64,000 nucleotides of DNA from Octopus sinensis (lineage: Eukaryota): contig NC_043026.1 in NCBI RefSeq assembly GCF_006345805.1, positions 11,098,001-11,162,000 of the forward strand, read 5' to 3'. Positions 10,917 to 22,989 of the stretch are shown one piece after another (position 1 is the stretch's first letter; each line of letters opens with the position of its first letter). A model generated the notes under the pieces. The model worked only from the letters and a program-made list of their open reading frames with translations, had not been told where the DNA came from and made no database searches. The position numbers and the translations under genes are program-made.

Positions 10917-12330
10917 ATTTAAAACTGAATCATATCATCATCATCATCATCATCGTTTAACGTCCGCTTTTCATGCTAGCATGGGTTGGACGGTTCAACC
11001 GGGGATCTGGGAAGCCAGGAGGCTGCACCAGGCTCCAGTCTGATCTGGCAGTGTTTCTACAGCTGGATGCCCTTCCTAATGCCAACCACTGTGAGTGTAG
11101 TGGGTGCTTTTTATGTGCCACCAGAACAGGTGCCAGATGAGGCTGGCAAGTGGCCATGATCGGATGGTGCTTTTTACATGTCATCGGCACAGGGACCAGA
11201 CGAAGCTGGCAATGGCCAATTGATTGGTTAAATTTAAAACTGAATCATATCATCATCATCGTTTAACGTCCGCTTTCCATGCTAGCATGGGTTGGACGGT
11301 TCAACTGGGGTCTGGGAATCCAGGAGGCTGCACCAGGCCCAGTCTGATCTGGCAGTGTTTCTACAGCTGGATGCCCTTCCTAACGCCTTCATCATCGTTT
11401 AACGTCCGTTTTCCATGCTGGCATGGGTTGGACGGTTCAACTGGGGTCTGGGAAGCCAGGAGGTTGCACCAGGCTCCAGTCTGATCTGGCAGTGTTTCTA
11501 CAGCTGGATGCCCTTCCTAACGCCTTCATCATCGTTTAACGTCCGTTTTCCATGCTAGCATGGGTTGGACGGTTCAACTGGGGTCTGGGAAGCCAGGAGG
11601 CTGCACCAGGCCCAGTCTGATCTGGCAGTGTTTCTACAGCTGGATGCCCTTCCTAACGCCTTCATCATCGTTTAACGTCCGTTTTCCATGCTGGCATGGG
11701 TTGGACGGTTCAACTGGGGTCTGGGAAGCCAGGAGGTTGCACCAGGCTCCAGTCTGATCTGGCAGTGTTTCTACAGCTGGATGCCCTTCCTAACGCCTTC
11801 ATCATCGTTTAACGTCCGCTTTCCATGCTAGCATGGGTTGGACGGTTCAACTGGGGTCTGGGAAGCCAGGAGGCAGCACCAGGCTCCAGTCTGATCTGGC
11901 AGTGTTTCTACAGCTGGATGCCCTTCCTAACGCCAACCACTCCGTGAGTGTAGTGGGTCCTTTTTACATGCCACCGGTACAGGTGCCAGACGCAGCTGGC
12001 AACAGCCACGAATGGATGGTGCTTTTTACATGTCACCGGCACGGGGACCAAATGAAGCTGGCAATGGCCAATTGATTGGTTAAATTCAAAACTGAATCAT
12101 ATCATCATCATCATTTAACGTCCGCTTTCCATGCTGGCATGGGTTGGACGGTTCAACTGGGGTCTGGGAAGCCAGAAGGCTGCACCTGGCTCCAGTCTGA
12201 TCTGGCAGTGTTTCTACAGCTTGATGCCCTTCCTAACGCCAACCACTCTGTGAGTGTAGTGGGTGCTTTTTACATGCCACCGGTAGGGGTGCCAGACAAG
12301 GCTGGCAAACGGCCACGGTCGGATTCTGTT
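10917..12330 (-). mobile_element. Three tandem family C SINEs; the middle one has five 136/137-bp tail repeats
   Basis: gtttaacgtcc at 11261, 11397, 11534, 11670 and 11807. Confidence 0.8.
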
Positions 12331-12656
12331 GGATTTGGATGTTCCTATTTAATTTAATTAATTAGTTAATAAATTATATGAATTGGCAACGGCTTTTTAC
12401 GTGCCACCGGCGATTAATATACCGGATCAATAACACTGGATTATTGTACTGTTTGATTTTCATAGCAAAACGACAGCATAAAATTCTTCCTTGACAAATC
12501 TACTACCAATATCTGAGACATTTTTGGATTTTGATGCTTTAAAACCTTTGAGCAATTTAGTTTATTGCGATAAATCAGCCTTACTTTCTGAACTTACTGT
12601 GGCTAAAGCATACATTTCCAAACGAAATGCGACACTGCTGAATTTTTTTGGACCTT

Positions 12657-13318
12657 TACGTGACCTAGGCATCACTGTCAGCAGTGATTTGCGTTGGACA
12701 AAGCATATCTCTAAAATTGTCAAGAAGGCCGAGGGTGTCTTGGCATCACTCAGCAAGACTTTTGTTAGCCGCTCTCCAGCCATCTATTTAAAACTGTATA
12801 CAGCTATGGTACGACCACACTTGGAATTCGCATCATCAGTTTGGAATCCCTATCTTGCTCAGAACATTGACCTCCTGGAATCTGTCCAGAGACGTGCAAC
12901 CAAACGCATACCCTCCATCAGACACCTACCATATTCTGAGCGCCTTGTTTCCCTGGGCATGGATTCACTGAGGCTTCGTCGTCTGGCGACGGACTTGGTA
13001 AACACCCACAAGGTTATCAACCACCTCACCAACAACAACACTGAACACCTTTTTGATCTCCATGTGTCTAACACACGTGGACATGCCTACAAAGTCAGAA
13101 AACAGCACAGCTCCCATGACTTTCGCAAACATTTTTTCACGCTCAGAGTTGCTGAAGCATGGAATAAACTGCCTGCGTCAGTTGTTGACTGCCATGACAC
13201 TGCGTCCTTTAAGGCCCTCATGCTTTCCGAAATCCGCCGAAACTACACCTGATTATATATACACTTTAGATGAGCTGTAGTGCACCTGAGCAATGTACAC
13301 AATTATTATTATTATTAT
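12657..13318 (+). mobile_element. CR1/L2-clade LINE 3' fragment with an open frame and (ATT)n tail
   Basis: RDLGITVSSDLRW...YTAMVRPHLEFASSVWNPY...LESVQRRATK...FFTLRVAEAWNKLP. Confidence 0.9.
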
Positions 13319-13535
13319 ATCGTGCAGATATGCCTTTCCAAATGTTTATCTATTATAGGGTGCAGCATTAACATTTGGGTCTAGCACAGCAACATGCGGG
13401 CCATTGCTTTCGGGGCTAACTTGATTTATGAAGCACCCATGAAAATCAAATTTCGTGATACTTGTTTCTCTTAGTAAATACAAATCAATTATAGACAAGG
13501 AAGTAACTGCAATCTGATTTTATTATTTTGTGTTA

Positions 13536-13914
13536 CTCTTTTACTCTTTACTCTTTTACTTGTTTCAGTCATTTGACTGTGGCCATGCTGGAGCACCACC
13601 TTTTAGTACTTATTCTATCGGTCTCTTTTTTGCCGAACCGCTAAGTGACGGGGACGTAAACACACCAGCATCGGTTGTCAAGCAATGCTAGGGGAACAAA
13701 ACACAGACACACAAACACACACACATAAACATATATATATATACATATATACGACAGGCTTCTTTCAGTTTCCGTCTACCAAATCCACTCACAAGGCATT
13801 GGTCGGCCCGGGGCTATAGCAGAAGACACTTGCCCAAGATGCCACGCAGTGGGACTGAACCCGCAACCGTGTGGTTGGTTAGCAAGCTACTTACCACACA
13901 GCCACTCCTACGCC
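13536..13914 (-). mobile_element. SINE family A
   Basis: Homology to the other family A copies. Confidence 0.85.
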
Positions 13915-14029
13915 TGTTGTGAATTTTTCTTGAAAAACGTAATCAAATTTTATAAACAGTACGGTTTTCAGTTCTGTTCAGCACCCCCAGCAGTGGAGGC
14001 GCAATGGCCCAATGGAGCATGTGAACAGT

Positions 14030-14290
14030 AAAGGGTGCGCTTACAATAATTGGGGCGTCGTTGGGAACAGTAAGGAAAGATATAGACAAATAGCTGAAGG
14101 AGATTGGGATAGAATACCCGGCAGAGCTCCTACAGGAAGTTTGTCTCTTAGGGGACAGCCGGGATTATCAGGAGGGTTCTAAGCACTTGAGACTGCTGAA
14201 AACTTAAGGATAACTAAGGTTACTGGTAAATATCCGCAGTCCACATAATTCCTACCCGGCATAAGACCTAACCTGAGCCAAACCAAAATA
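14030..14290 (+). mobile_element. R4-like (restriction-like endonuclease) LINE 3' fragment
   Basis: IIGASLGTVRKDIDK*LKEIGI...LQEVCLLGTAGIIRRVLS. Confidence 0.65.
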
Positions 14291-14344
14291 ATATGAGTAG
14301 CAGCAGTGATGGTGGTGATGATGATAACAATAATGATGATGATG

Positions 14345-15097
14345 ATATTTCTTTACTGCCCACAAGGGGCTAAACACAGAAAGAACAAACAAGGACAGAC
14401 AAACGGATTAAGTCAATTACATCGACCCCAGTGCGTAACTGGTACTTATTTAAGGCAGCGAGCTAGCAGATAGCATGCCGGGCGAAATGCTTAGCGGTAT
14501 TTCGTCTGCCGCTACATTTTAAGTTCAAATTCCGATGAGGTCGACTTTGCCTTTCATCCTTTCGGGGTCGATAAATTAAGTACCAGTTATGCACTGGGTC
14601 GATGTAATCGACTTAATCCGTTTGTCTGTCCTTGTTTGTCCCCTCTGTGTTTAGCCCCTTGTGGGTAGTAAAGAAGTAAGTATTTTGTCTGCCACTACGT
14701 TCCGAGTTCAAATTCCGCCGAGGTCGACTTTGCCTTTCATCCTTTCGGGGTCGATAAATTAAGTACCAGTTATGCACTGGGGATCGATATAATCGACTTA
14801 ATCCGTCTGTCTGTCCTTGTTTGTCCCCTCTGTGTTTAGCCCCTTGTGGGTAGTAAAGAAATAAGTATTTTGTCTGCCACTACGTTCTGAATTCAAATTC
14901 CGCCGAGGTCGACTTTGCCTTTCATCCTTTCGGGGTCGATAAATTAAGTACCAGCTATGCACTGGGTCGACGTAATCGACTTAATCTGTTTGTCTGTCCT
15001 TGTTTGTCCCCTCTGTGTTTAGCCCCTTTGTGGGCAGTAAAGAAATAGGTACTTATTTAATCGACCCCGAAAGGATGAAAGGCAAAGTCAACCTCGG
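14345..15097 (+). mobile_element. Family B SINE cluster with tandem tail repeats and inverted flanking pieces
   Basis: ttcaaattccg..gaggtcgactttgcctttcatcc occurs three times; junction aaaga(a/g)ta-agtattttgtctgcc. Confidence 0.75.
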
Positions 15098-15110
15098 CAA
15101 TAATAATAAT

Positions 15111-15500
15111 GATATTGATGTATCAATACCGGCAGATGACAACGTGTCTCTAAAAGAAATGGAGAAACTCTCAAAATACAAAGACCTGGAAATAGAGGTA
15201 ACTAGAATGTGGAATCTGAAAACAGAAACAATTCCTATCATAGTAGGTGCATTAGGCATGATAAAAAAATATTCAGACAAATACATAACAAAAACACCAG
15301 GACTTACAAACACATATATCATACAGAAAATTGCACTACTAGGCACTGCACACATCCTACGCAGAGCACTTTCCATACAATAACCATCAGAGCATCACAA
15401 CAAATCACAGCACATACCCAAGGCACACAGAGCTGCGCTCGGTAGTGAAGTGAAAGCATGCTATAAAAAATAAAACTACTGAATAATAATAATAATAATA
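15111..15500 (+). mobile_element. R4-like LINE 3' end (RLE domain) with (TAA)n tail
   Basis: IDVSIPADDNVSLKEMEKLSKYKDL...IPIIVGALG...QKIALLGTAHILRRAL. Confidence 0.85.
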
Positions 15501-15511
15501 ATGGCAATTAC

Positions 15512-15630
15512 TTTCTATCTGTGAGGAGTTTGTATATAAGCTGCATCATCTGTATGCATTGTGTTTCTTTGTAGAACATGGTTCCATCAATACATGCCTG
15601 GGAAATGTCGAATTTCCTCTTCTTGAAAAA
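15512..15630 (-). CDS. SPATA4: SPATA4-like exon 3
   Basis: catttcag acceptor and gtaatt donor; FFKKRKFDISQACIDGTMFYK...LIYKLLTDR; 119 bp, phase 0 to 2. Confidence 0.9.
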
Positions 15631-15747
15631 CTGAAATGAGAAGCAGAAACTTAATTCCAAGTCCACCTTGGACAAAATAACGAAATAACTAAAGAGTAAC
15701 CTGTAGACGGAAACTGAAAGAAGCCCGTCGTATATATGTATATATAT

Positions 15748-16162
15748 ATACTCTTTTACTCTTTTACTTGTTTCAGTCATTTGACTGCGGCCATGCTGGA
15801 GCACCGCCTTTAATCGAGCAACTCGACCCCGGAACTTATTCTATTGTAAGCCCAGTACTTATTCTATCGGTCTCTTTTGCCGAACCGCTAAGTGACGGGG
15901 ACACAAACACACCAGCATCTGTTGTCAAGCAATGCTAGGGGGACAAACACAGACACACAAACACACACGCATACATACATATATATATATACATATATAC
16001 GACGGGCTTCTTTCAGTTTCCGTCTACCAAATCCACTCACAAGGCATTGGTCGGCCCGAGGCTATAGTAGAAGACACTTGCCCAAGGTGCCACACAGTGG
16101 GACTGAACCCGGAACCATGTGGTTGGTAGACAGGCTACTTACCACACAGCCACTCCTGCGCC
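15748..16162 (-). mobile_element. SINE family A
   Basis: Homology to the other family A copies. Confidence 0.85.
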
Positions 16163-16182
16163 TATTATATATATATAATAAT

Positions 16183-16559
16183 AAATATTAGGGAATAAAT
16201 CCAAATTTACAGGGAAAAATCAGATTTAGGATTGAATCCAATTTTATAGTAAAATATTATATAATATTAATTAGAGACAAAACCACTATTATGCAAATCA
16301 AACAAAGAAAGACTTAAGCCAATACATAAAATAATTTATATAAATTAAATAAAATTAAGTTATCCACTACAATTGTTTCTTGTCACTTCTAAGGACATTC
16401 ATCAGGTGGTTTTCAGACCTTCTATTCAATTTTAAATTATGAAGTGACAAGAAACAATTGTAGTGGATAACTTAATTTTATTTAATTTATATAAATTTTT
16501 TTATGTATTGGATTAAGTCTTTCTTTCTTTGATTTGCAATATAGTGGTTTTGTCTCTAA

Positions 16560-16572
<13 letters not shown>
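16183..16572. mobile_element. AT-rich Penelope-like non-autonomous element with inverted arms (about 16257-16389 / 16441-16572)
   Basis: Two arms of about 130 bp with a 51-bp spacer; relative at about 54300-54460. Confidence 0.6.
16364..16409 (-). ncRNA. Minimal type I hammerhead motif
   Basis: CCAC-CUGAUGA-A-UGUC-cuuagaagu-GACA-A-GAA-ACAAUUGU-A-GUGG. Confidence 0.6.
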
Positions 16573-16594
<22 letters not shown>

Positions 16595-16759
16595 GGCGCA
16601 GGAGTGGCTGTGTGGTAAGTAGCTTGTTTACCAACCACATGGTTCCGGGTTCAGTCCCACTGCGTGGCACCTTGGGCAAGTGTCTTCTACTATAGCCCCG
16701 GCCCGACCAAAGACTTGTGAGTGGATTTGGTAGATGGAAACTGAAAGAAGCCCGTCATA

Positions 16760-16817
<58 letters not shown>

Positions 16818-19539
16818 TGTGTGTGTTTGTCCCCTTAGCATTGCTTGACAACCGATGCTGGTGTGTTTATGTCCCCGTAACTTAGCGGTTCAGTAAAAGA
16901 GACCGATAGAAAAAGTACTGGGCTTACAAAAGAATAAGTCCCGGGGTCGAGTTGCTCGATTAAAGAAGGTGCTCCAGCATGGCTGCAGTCAAATGACAGA
17001 AACAAGTAAAAGAGAGTATGTATGTGTGTGTATATGAATGTGTGTCTGTGTTTGTCCCCCCAACATCGCTTGACAACCGATGGTGGTGTGTTTACGTCCC
17101 CGTAACTTAGCGGTTCAGCAAAAGAGACCGATAGAATAAGTCGATTTGCTCGACTAAAGGCGGTGCTCCAGCATGGCCACAGTCAAACGACTGAAACAAG
17201 TAAAAGAGATAAAAGATGTTTTAATATGTATACTGGTAGAATGTGTTTATAAAACATCTTTTTCTCTTGGCTTTATTGAGAAAATTCTATGGTTTGTAAG
17301 ATATTTGTTGTTTTTTTTCTTCAATTTCAACCAATCAATGACGTCTATTGAGGTAAAAAAAAAACATTCTGTGCCGTATGAATATGTCCCTCGATTGGGT
17401 TTATTTACATTTCTGAAGAAAAAAAGATACCCTTCTTCCCACCCCTAACCCTAACCCTAAAACAGATTGAAATGCAATAGATCATCGAAAGAGTCCAGAA
17501 GCTGGCTACCCGCATGGTTCATGGTCTCAAAAATTTGTCCTACGAAGAAAGGCTGAGGACGCTCGACCTTTATTCTCTTGAAAAACGCTGCCGCCGTGGT
17601 GATCTCATTCTCGCCCACAACATCATAAGCGGAAAGTGTAACCTCTCGAAAGAGCTGTTCTTCACTCCTGCTCCAGAGCGTCGGCTGCGGGGTCATTCCG
17701 AAAAGCTCTACCTGTGACGATTTCATCTCAATCGAAGGAGAGGAGCTTTCTCCGTCCGGGTTGCGGATCCGTGGAACAAGCTGCCAGACGAGATGGTGAA
17801 GATGCCGACGACCGCTTTGTTCAAAGTCTCCCTTGACCTCAAGTGGCCTGAACTCTTTACATGAACACCACCCTGTACTTAACTCCATGTCCCCCTACAT
17901 GGCCTTGCTATTTGCTTTTGAGCCAAATTAACTAACTAACTAACTAACTAGGGTCATAATTATGGGTGACAATTTTATATCACACCGCTAGAAAAAAAAC
18001 TGCCGTCCAAAACGAAGAGATCCCAGTTCAGAAAAACAACTCTGATAAACAAAATAAATTAATAAATACATAAATAGACGCAGGAGTGGCTGTGTGGTAA
18101 GTAGCTTGCTAACCAACCACATGGTTCCGGGTTCAGTCCCACTGCGTGGCACCTTGGGCAAGTGTCTTCTGCTATAGCCCCGGGCCGACCAATGCCTTGT
18201 GAGTGGATTTGGTAGACGGAAACTGAAAGAAGCCTGTCGTATATATATGTATATATATATGTATGTGTGTGTGTGTGTTTGTGTGTCTGTGTTTGTTCCC
18301 CTAGCATTGCTTGACAACCGATGCTGGTGTGTTTACGTCCCCGTCACTTAGCGGTTCGGTAAAAGAGACCGATAGAAAAAGTACTGGGCTTACAAAAGAA
18401 TAAGTCCCGGGGTCGAGTTGCTCGATTAAAGAAGGTGCTCCAGCATGGCTGCAGTCAAATGACAGAAACAAGTAAAAGAGAGTATGTATGTGTGTGTATA
18501 TGAATGTGTGTCTGTGTTTGTCCCCCCAACATCGCTTGACAACCGATGGTGGTGTGTTTACGTCCCCGTAACTTAGCGGTTCAGCAAAAGAGACCGATAG
18601 AATAAGTCGATTTGCTCGACTAAAGGCGGTGCTCCAGCATGGCCACAGTCAAACGACTGAAACAAGTAAAAGAGATAAAAGATGTTTTAATATGTATACT
18701 GGTAGAATGTGTTTATAAAACATCTTTTTCTCTTGGCTTTATTGAGAAAATTCTATGGTTTGTAAGATATTTGTTGTTTTTTTTCTTCAATTTCAACCAA
18801 TCAATGACGTCTATTGAGGTAAAAAAAAAACATTCTGTGCCGTATGAATATGTCCCTCGATTGGGTTTATTTACATTTCTGAAGAAAAAAAGATACCCTT
18901 CTTCCCACCCCTAACCCTAACCCTAAAACAGATTGAAATGCAATAGATCATCGAAAGAGTCCAGAAGCTGGCTACCCGCATGGTTCATGGTCTCAAAAAT
19001 TTGTCCTACGAAGAAAGCTGAGGACGCTCGACCTTTATTCTCTTGAAAAACGCTGCCGCCGTGGTGATCTCATTCTCGCCCACAACATCATAAGCGGAAA
19101 GTGTAACCTCTCGAAAGAGCTGTTCTTCACTCCTGCTCCAGAGCGTCGGCTGCGGGGTCATTCCGAAAAGCTCTACCTGTGACGATTTCATCTCAATCGA
19201 AGGAGAGGAGCTTTCTCCGTCCGGTTGCGGATCCGTGGAACAAGCTGCCAGACGAGATGGTGAAGATGCCGACGACCGCTTTGTTCAAAGTCTCCCTTGA
19301 CCTCAAGTGGCCTGAACTCTTTACATGAACACCACCCTGTACTTAACTCCATGTCCCCCTACATGGCCTTGCTATTTGCTTTTGAGCCAAATTAACTAAC
19401 TAACTAACTAACTAGGGTCATAATTATGGGTGACAATTTTATATCACACCGCTAGAAAAAAACTGCCGTCCAAAACGAAGAGATCCCAGTTCAGAAAAAC
19501 AACTCTGATAAACAAAATAAATTAATAAATACATAAATA
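16595..19539. repeat. Tandem duplication of about 1.47 kb (SINE A + telomeric-repeat MITE + nested CR1 fragment)
   Basis: Identical ORFs 17173-17448 and 18639-18914 (offset 1466); SINE heads at 16595, 18077 and 19540. Confidence 0.9.
17483..17950 (+). mobile_element. CR1-clade LINE 3' fragment with (TAAC)n tail, inserted in a MITE (duplicate at about 18948-19413)
   Basis: ERVQKLATRMVHGLKNLSYEERL...ADPWNKLP; it interrupts the tagatc|gata|ctagggtc site seen intact at about 53125. Confidence 0.9.
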
Positions 19540-21137
19540 GACGCAGGAGTGGCTGTGTGGTAAGTAGCTTGCTAACCAACCACATGGTTCCGGGTTCAGT
19601 CCCACTGCGTGGCACCTTGGGCAAGTGTCTTCTGCTATAGCCCCGGGCCGACCAATGCCTTGTGAGTGGATTTGGTAGACGGAAACTGAAAGAAGCCTGT
19701 CGTATATATGTATATATATATGTATGTGTGTGTGTGTGTTTTTGTGTGTCTGTGTTTGTTCCCCTAGCATTGCTTGACAACCGATGCTGGTGTGTTTACG
19801 TCCCCGTCACTTAGCGGTTCGGTAAAAGAGACCGATAGAAAAAGTACTGGCTTACAAAAGGCGCAGGAGTGGCTGTGTGGTAAGTAGCTTGCTAACCAAC
19901 CACATGGTTCCGGGTTCAGTCCCACTGCGTGGCACCTTGGGCAAGTGTCTTCTACTATAGCCCCGGGCCGACCAATGCCTTGTGAGTGGATTTGGTAGAG
20001 GGAAACTGAAAGAAGCCTGTCGTATATATGTATATATATATGTATGTGTGTGTGTGTGTTTTGTGTCTGTGTTTGTTCCCCTAGCATTGCTTGACAACCG
20101 ATGCTGGTGTGTTTACGTCCCCGTCACTTAGCGGTTCGGTAAAAAGAGACGATAGAAAAAGTACTGGGCTTACAAAAGGCGCAGGAGTGGCTGTGTGGTA
20201 AGTAGCTTGCTAACCAACCACATGGTTCCGGGTTCAGTCCCACTGCGTGGCACCTTGGGCAAGTGTCTTCTACTATAGCCCCGGGCCGACCAATGCCTTG
20301 TGAGTGGATTTGGTAGAGGGAAACTGAAAGAAGCCTGTCGTATATATGTATATATATATATGTATGTGTGTGTGTGTGTTTGTGTGTCTGTGTTTGTTCC
20401 CCTAGCATTGCTTGACAACCGATGCTGGTGTGTTTACGTCCCCGTCACTTAGCGGTTCGGTAAAAGAGACCGATAGAAAAAGTACTGGGCTTACAAAAGG
20501 CGCAGGAGTGGCTGTGTGGTAAGTAGCTTGCTAACCAACCACATGGTTCCGGGTTCAGTCCCACTGCGTGGCACCTTGGGCAAGTGTCTTCTGCTATAGC
20601 CCCGGGCCGACCAATGCCTTGTGAGTAGATTTGGTAGACGGAAACTGAAAGAAGCCTGTCGTATATATGTATATATATATATATATGTATGTATGTGTGT
20701 GTGTGTTTGTGTGTCTGTTCCCCTACCATTGCTTGACAACCGATGCTGGTGTGTTTACGTCCCCATCACTTAGCGATTCGGCAAAAGAGACCGATAGAAT
20801 AAGTACTGGGGCTTACAAAGAATAAGTCCCGGGGTTGATTTGCCCGACTAAAGGCGGTGCTCCAGCATGGCTGCAGTCAAATGACAGAAACAAGTAAAAG
20901 AGAGTATGTATGTGTGTGTATATGTTTGTGTGTCTGTGTTTGTCCCCCCAACATCGCTTGACAACCGATGCTGGTGTGTTTACGTCCCCGTCACTTAGCG
21001 GTTCGGCAAAAGAGACCGATAGAATAAGTACTGGGGCTTACAAAAGAATAAGTCCCGGGGTTGATTTGCTCGACTAAAGGTGGTGCTCCAGCATGGCCGC
21101 AGTCAAATGACTGAAACAAGTAAAAGAGTAAAAGAGT
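19540..21137 (+). repeat. Four tandem copies (about 320 bp) of SINE family A
   Basis: gcgcaggagtgg heads at 19540, 19860, 20178 and 20499. Confidence 0.9.
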
Positions 21138-21171
21138 AAATAAGAATTATGGAAACATATTGGGCAGATAC

Positions 21172-21301
21172 CTTTGACAATATTCGCCAATTATGTAGTT
21201 TTGCGTACAATGATGAACCTTTGTTGAAGTAAGTCATCTCCACTTCAAAAGGATAATACCTGTTAAATATCTCTGCTATTAAATATCCGTTTGCAAGGTC
21301 C
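21172..21301 (-). CDS. SPATA4: SPATA4-like exon 2 (calponin-homology domain)
   Basis: ttttccag acceptor and gtatct donor; (W)DLANGYLIAEIFNRYYPFEVEMTYFNKGSSLYAKLHNWRILSK matches the SPATA4/SPEF1 CH motif DFSNGFLIAEIF..YYP. Confidence 0.92.
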
Positions 21302-21602
21302 CTGGAAAACAGATTAGCACAATTATAATCTCTTTGCAAATTAATAGAATCGGTAATTTTGATTACAACTATTATTAACCAGACAAGGTATTCAATAAAA
21401 TAAAGTACCAATTAAGTACTGAAATCTTTGCTATTAACTGATTTCTTGGAGAAATTTTGAACCTGGGCTCTCATTCCTAAGGTAGAGGTTTCGCCTGTAA
21501 TTGAAAAAGGTATTATAAAAGGAGAAAAGGGCTCTCTACCCCCCTTTTGACCAGGCTCCTGTGTATTTTTTCTTCAATTTCAACCAATCAATGACGTCTA
21601 TT

Positions 21603-21756
21603 GGGGCACATAATGCTTTATGAGTACAAAAAAGGAAACTCTGCAGCCAAAGCAACTCGAAACATAGACTCAGTTTATGGGAAAGAATGCTTGAATGAAA
21701 GAACTTGCAGAAGATGGTTTGCAAAATTCAGAAGTGGAGATTTCAGCCTTGAAGAT
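21603..21756 (+). pseudogene. Mariner transposase N-terminal HTH fragment
   Basis: HIMLYEYKKGNSAAKATRNI...ERTCRRWFAKFRSGDFSLEDE. Confidence 0.85.
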
Positions 21757-21814
21757 GAAGATGAAGATCAAACAGGACATAGATTCAAATGCAGGCGAAG
21801 ATAAGGATGAGGTA

Positions 21815-22226
21815 GTACATTATTTACAACTGACGGATATTTGTCCTCATTTTGTTTGTTGTTAACACGATGTTTCAGCTGATATACCCTCCAGCCTTCA
21901 TCAGGTATCTTGGGGAAATTTTGAACCTGGGTTCTCATTCCTAAGGTATTTTTCGATGTTTGTTATTATTATTCAGATCACTGCCTGGAATCGAACTCGG
22001 AATCTTGGGGTTAGTAGCCTGCGCTGTTAACTACTACGCCATATGATAAAATACCCACGGGTATATGGCACAGAGGTTAAGAGCGTGGGCTACTAACCCC
22101 AAGATTCCGAGTTCGATTATATAACAACAACAACATCGAAAAATACCTTAGGAATGAGAACCCAGGTTCGAAATTTCCCCCAAGACACCTAATGAAGGCA
22201 GGAGGGTATATCAACCGAAACACTGC
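21815..22226. mobile_element. Inverted pair of tRNA-headed elements, each ending in a hammerhead-like motif
   Basis: The minus arm (from 22044) and plus arm (from 22063) both carry an A box (tggcgtagtag) and a B box (gagttcgatt). Confidence 0.7.
21864..21909 (-). ncRNA. Minimal type I hammerhead motif at the 3' end of the tRNA-headed element
   Basis: GAUAC-CUGAUGA-A-GGCUG-gagggUAUAU-CAGCU-GAA-ACAU-C-GUGUU; a degenerate plus-strand copy lies at about 22184-22226. Confidence 0.65.
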
Positions 22227-22915
22227 AATTTCAACCAATCAATGACGTCTATTGAGGTGAAAACATTCTGTGCCGTATGAAAATGTCCCTCGTTTAAGAA
22301 ACAGATTGGGTTTATTTACATTTCTGAAGAAAAAAAAGATACCCTTCCCCCCACCCCTAACCCTAAAAGAGATTGAAATGCAATAGATCGATACTAGGGT
22401 CATAATGGCGATCTTTCGTCTCTAGTAGACCTTTCCGTCGATTTCCGTAAAAAAATATTTTTTTTTTACATATGGGCTTGCGGGAACTTTTGAAGTAATA
22501 TACATACATATACACATACACCGAGTAAAAAATTTCAGTTATCTCTTTCTTTCACACATTACTCTGTCTCTTCACACACACTAACAGAAGCACTTCACTT
22601 ACACAACATACTGTCTGTCTCCCACACCCCATCAAACACACACACACACACACACACACATGTACATCAATGCTTCCCATGCACGGTAACTTCAAAAGAA
22701 CTTCCCTCGTCATACAATCGCTTTCTCTTAGTCTCTTTCGCTCTCATTACTTCAAAAGTTCCCGCAAGCCCATATGTAAAAAAAAAAAAAAATTTTTTTA
22801 CGGAAATCGACGGAAAGGTCTACTAGAGACGAAAGATTGCCGATCATAATTATGGGTGACAATTTCATAGGACACCGCTAGAAAAAACTGCCGTTCAAAC
22901 CGAAAAGATCCCAAA
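22225..22915 (+). mobile_element. Telomeric-repeat MITE fragment interrupted by a long-TIR (Mutator-like) MITE at 22407-22841
   Basis: TIRs of about 90 bp (ggcgatctttcgtctctagtagacc...); flanks ggtcataat / gatcataat. Confidence 0.7.
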
Positions 22916-22989
22916 TGCATGGTCCGTTCTTATGTTAGAAATCATTTAATGAGTTTTAATATTTCTAAGAATATAAAACATTCACACGC

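Noticed and set aside
12491-12656. N-terminal part of ORF 12491-13252
   Set aside because: Chance read-through into the CR1/L2 fragment; not a host gene.
15000-15110. N-terminal part of ORF 15000-15383
   Set aside because: SINE sequence fused by chance to an R4-like LINE tail.
17441-17460. (CCCTAA)n telomeric tract (also about 18910 and 22355)
   Set aside because: Only 2-3 units, internal to a MITE family; not a telomere or fusion site.
21975-22118. tRNA-like sequences (also the heads of SINE families A, D and E)
   Set aside because: No complete acceptor stem; each continues into a repeat body, so these are SINE heads rather than tRNA genes.
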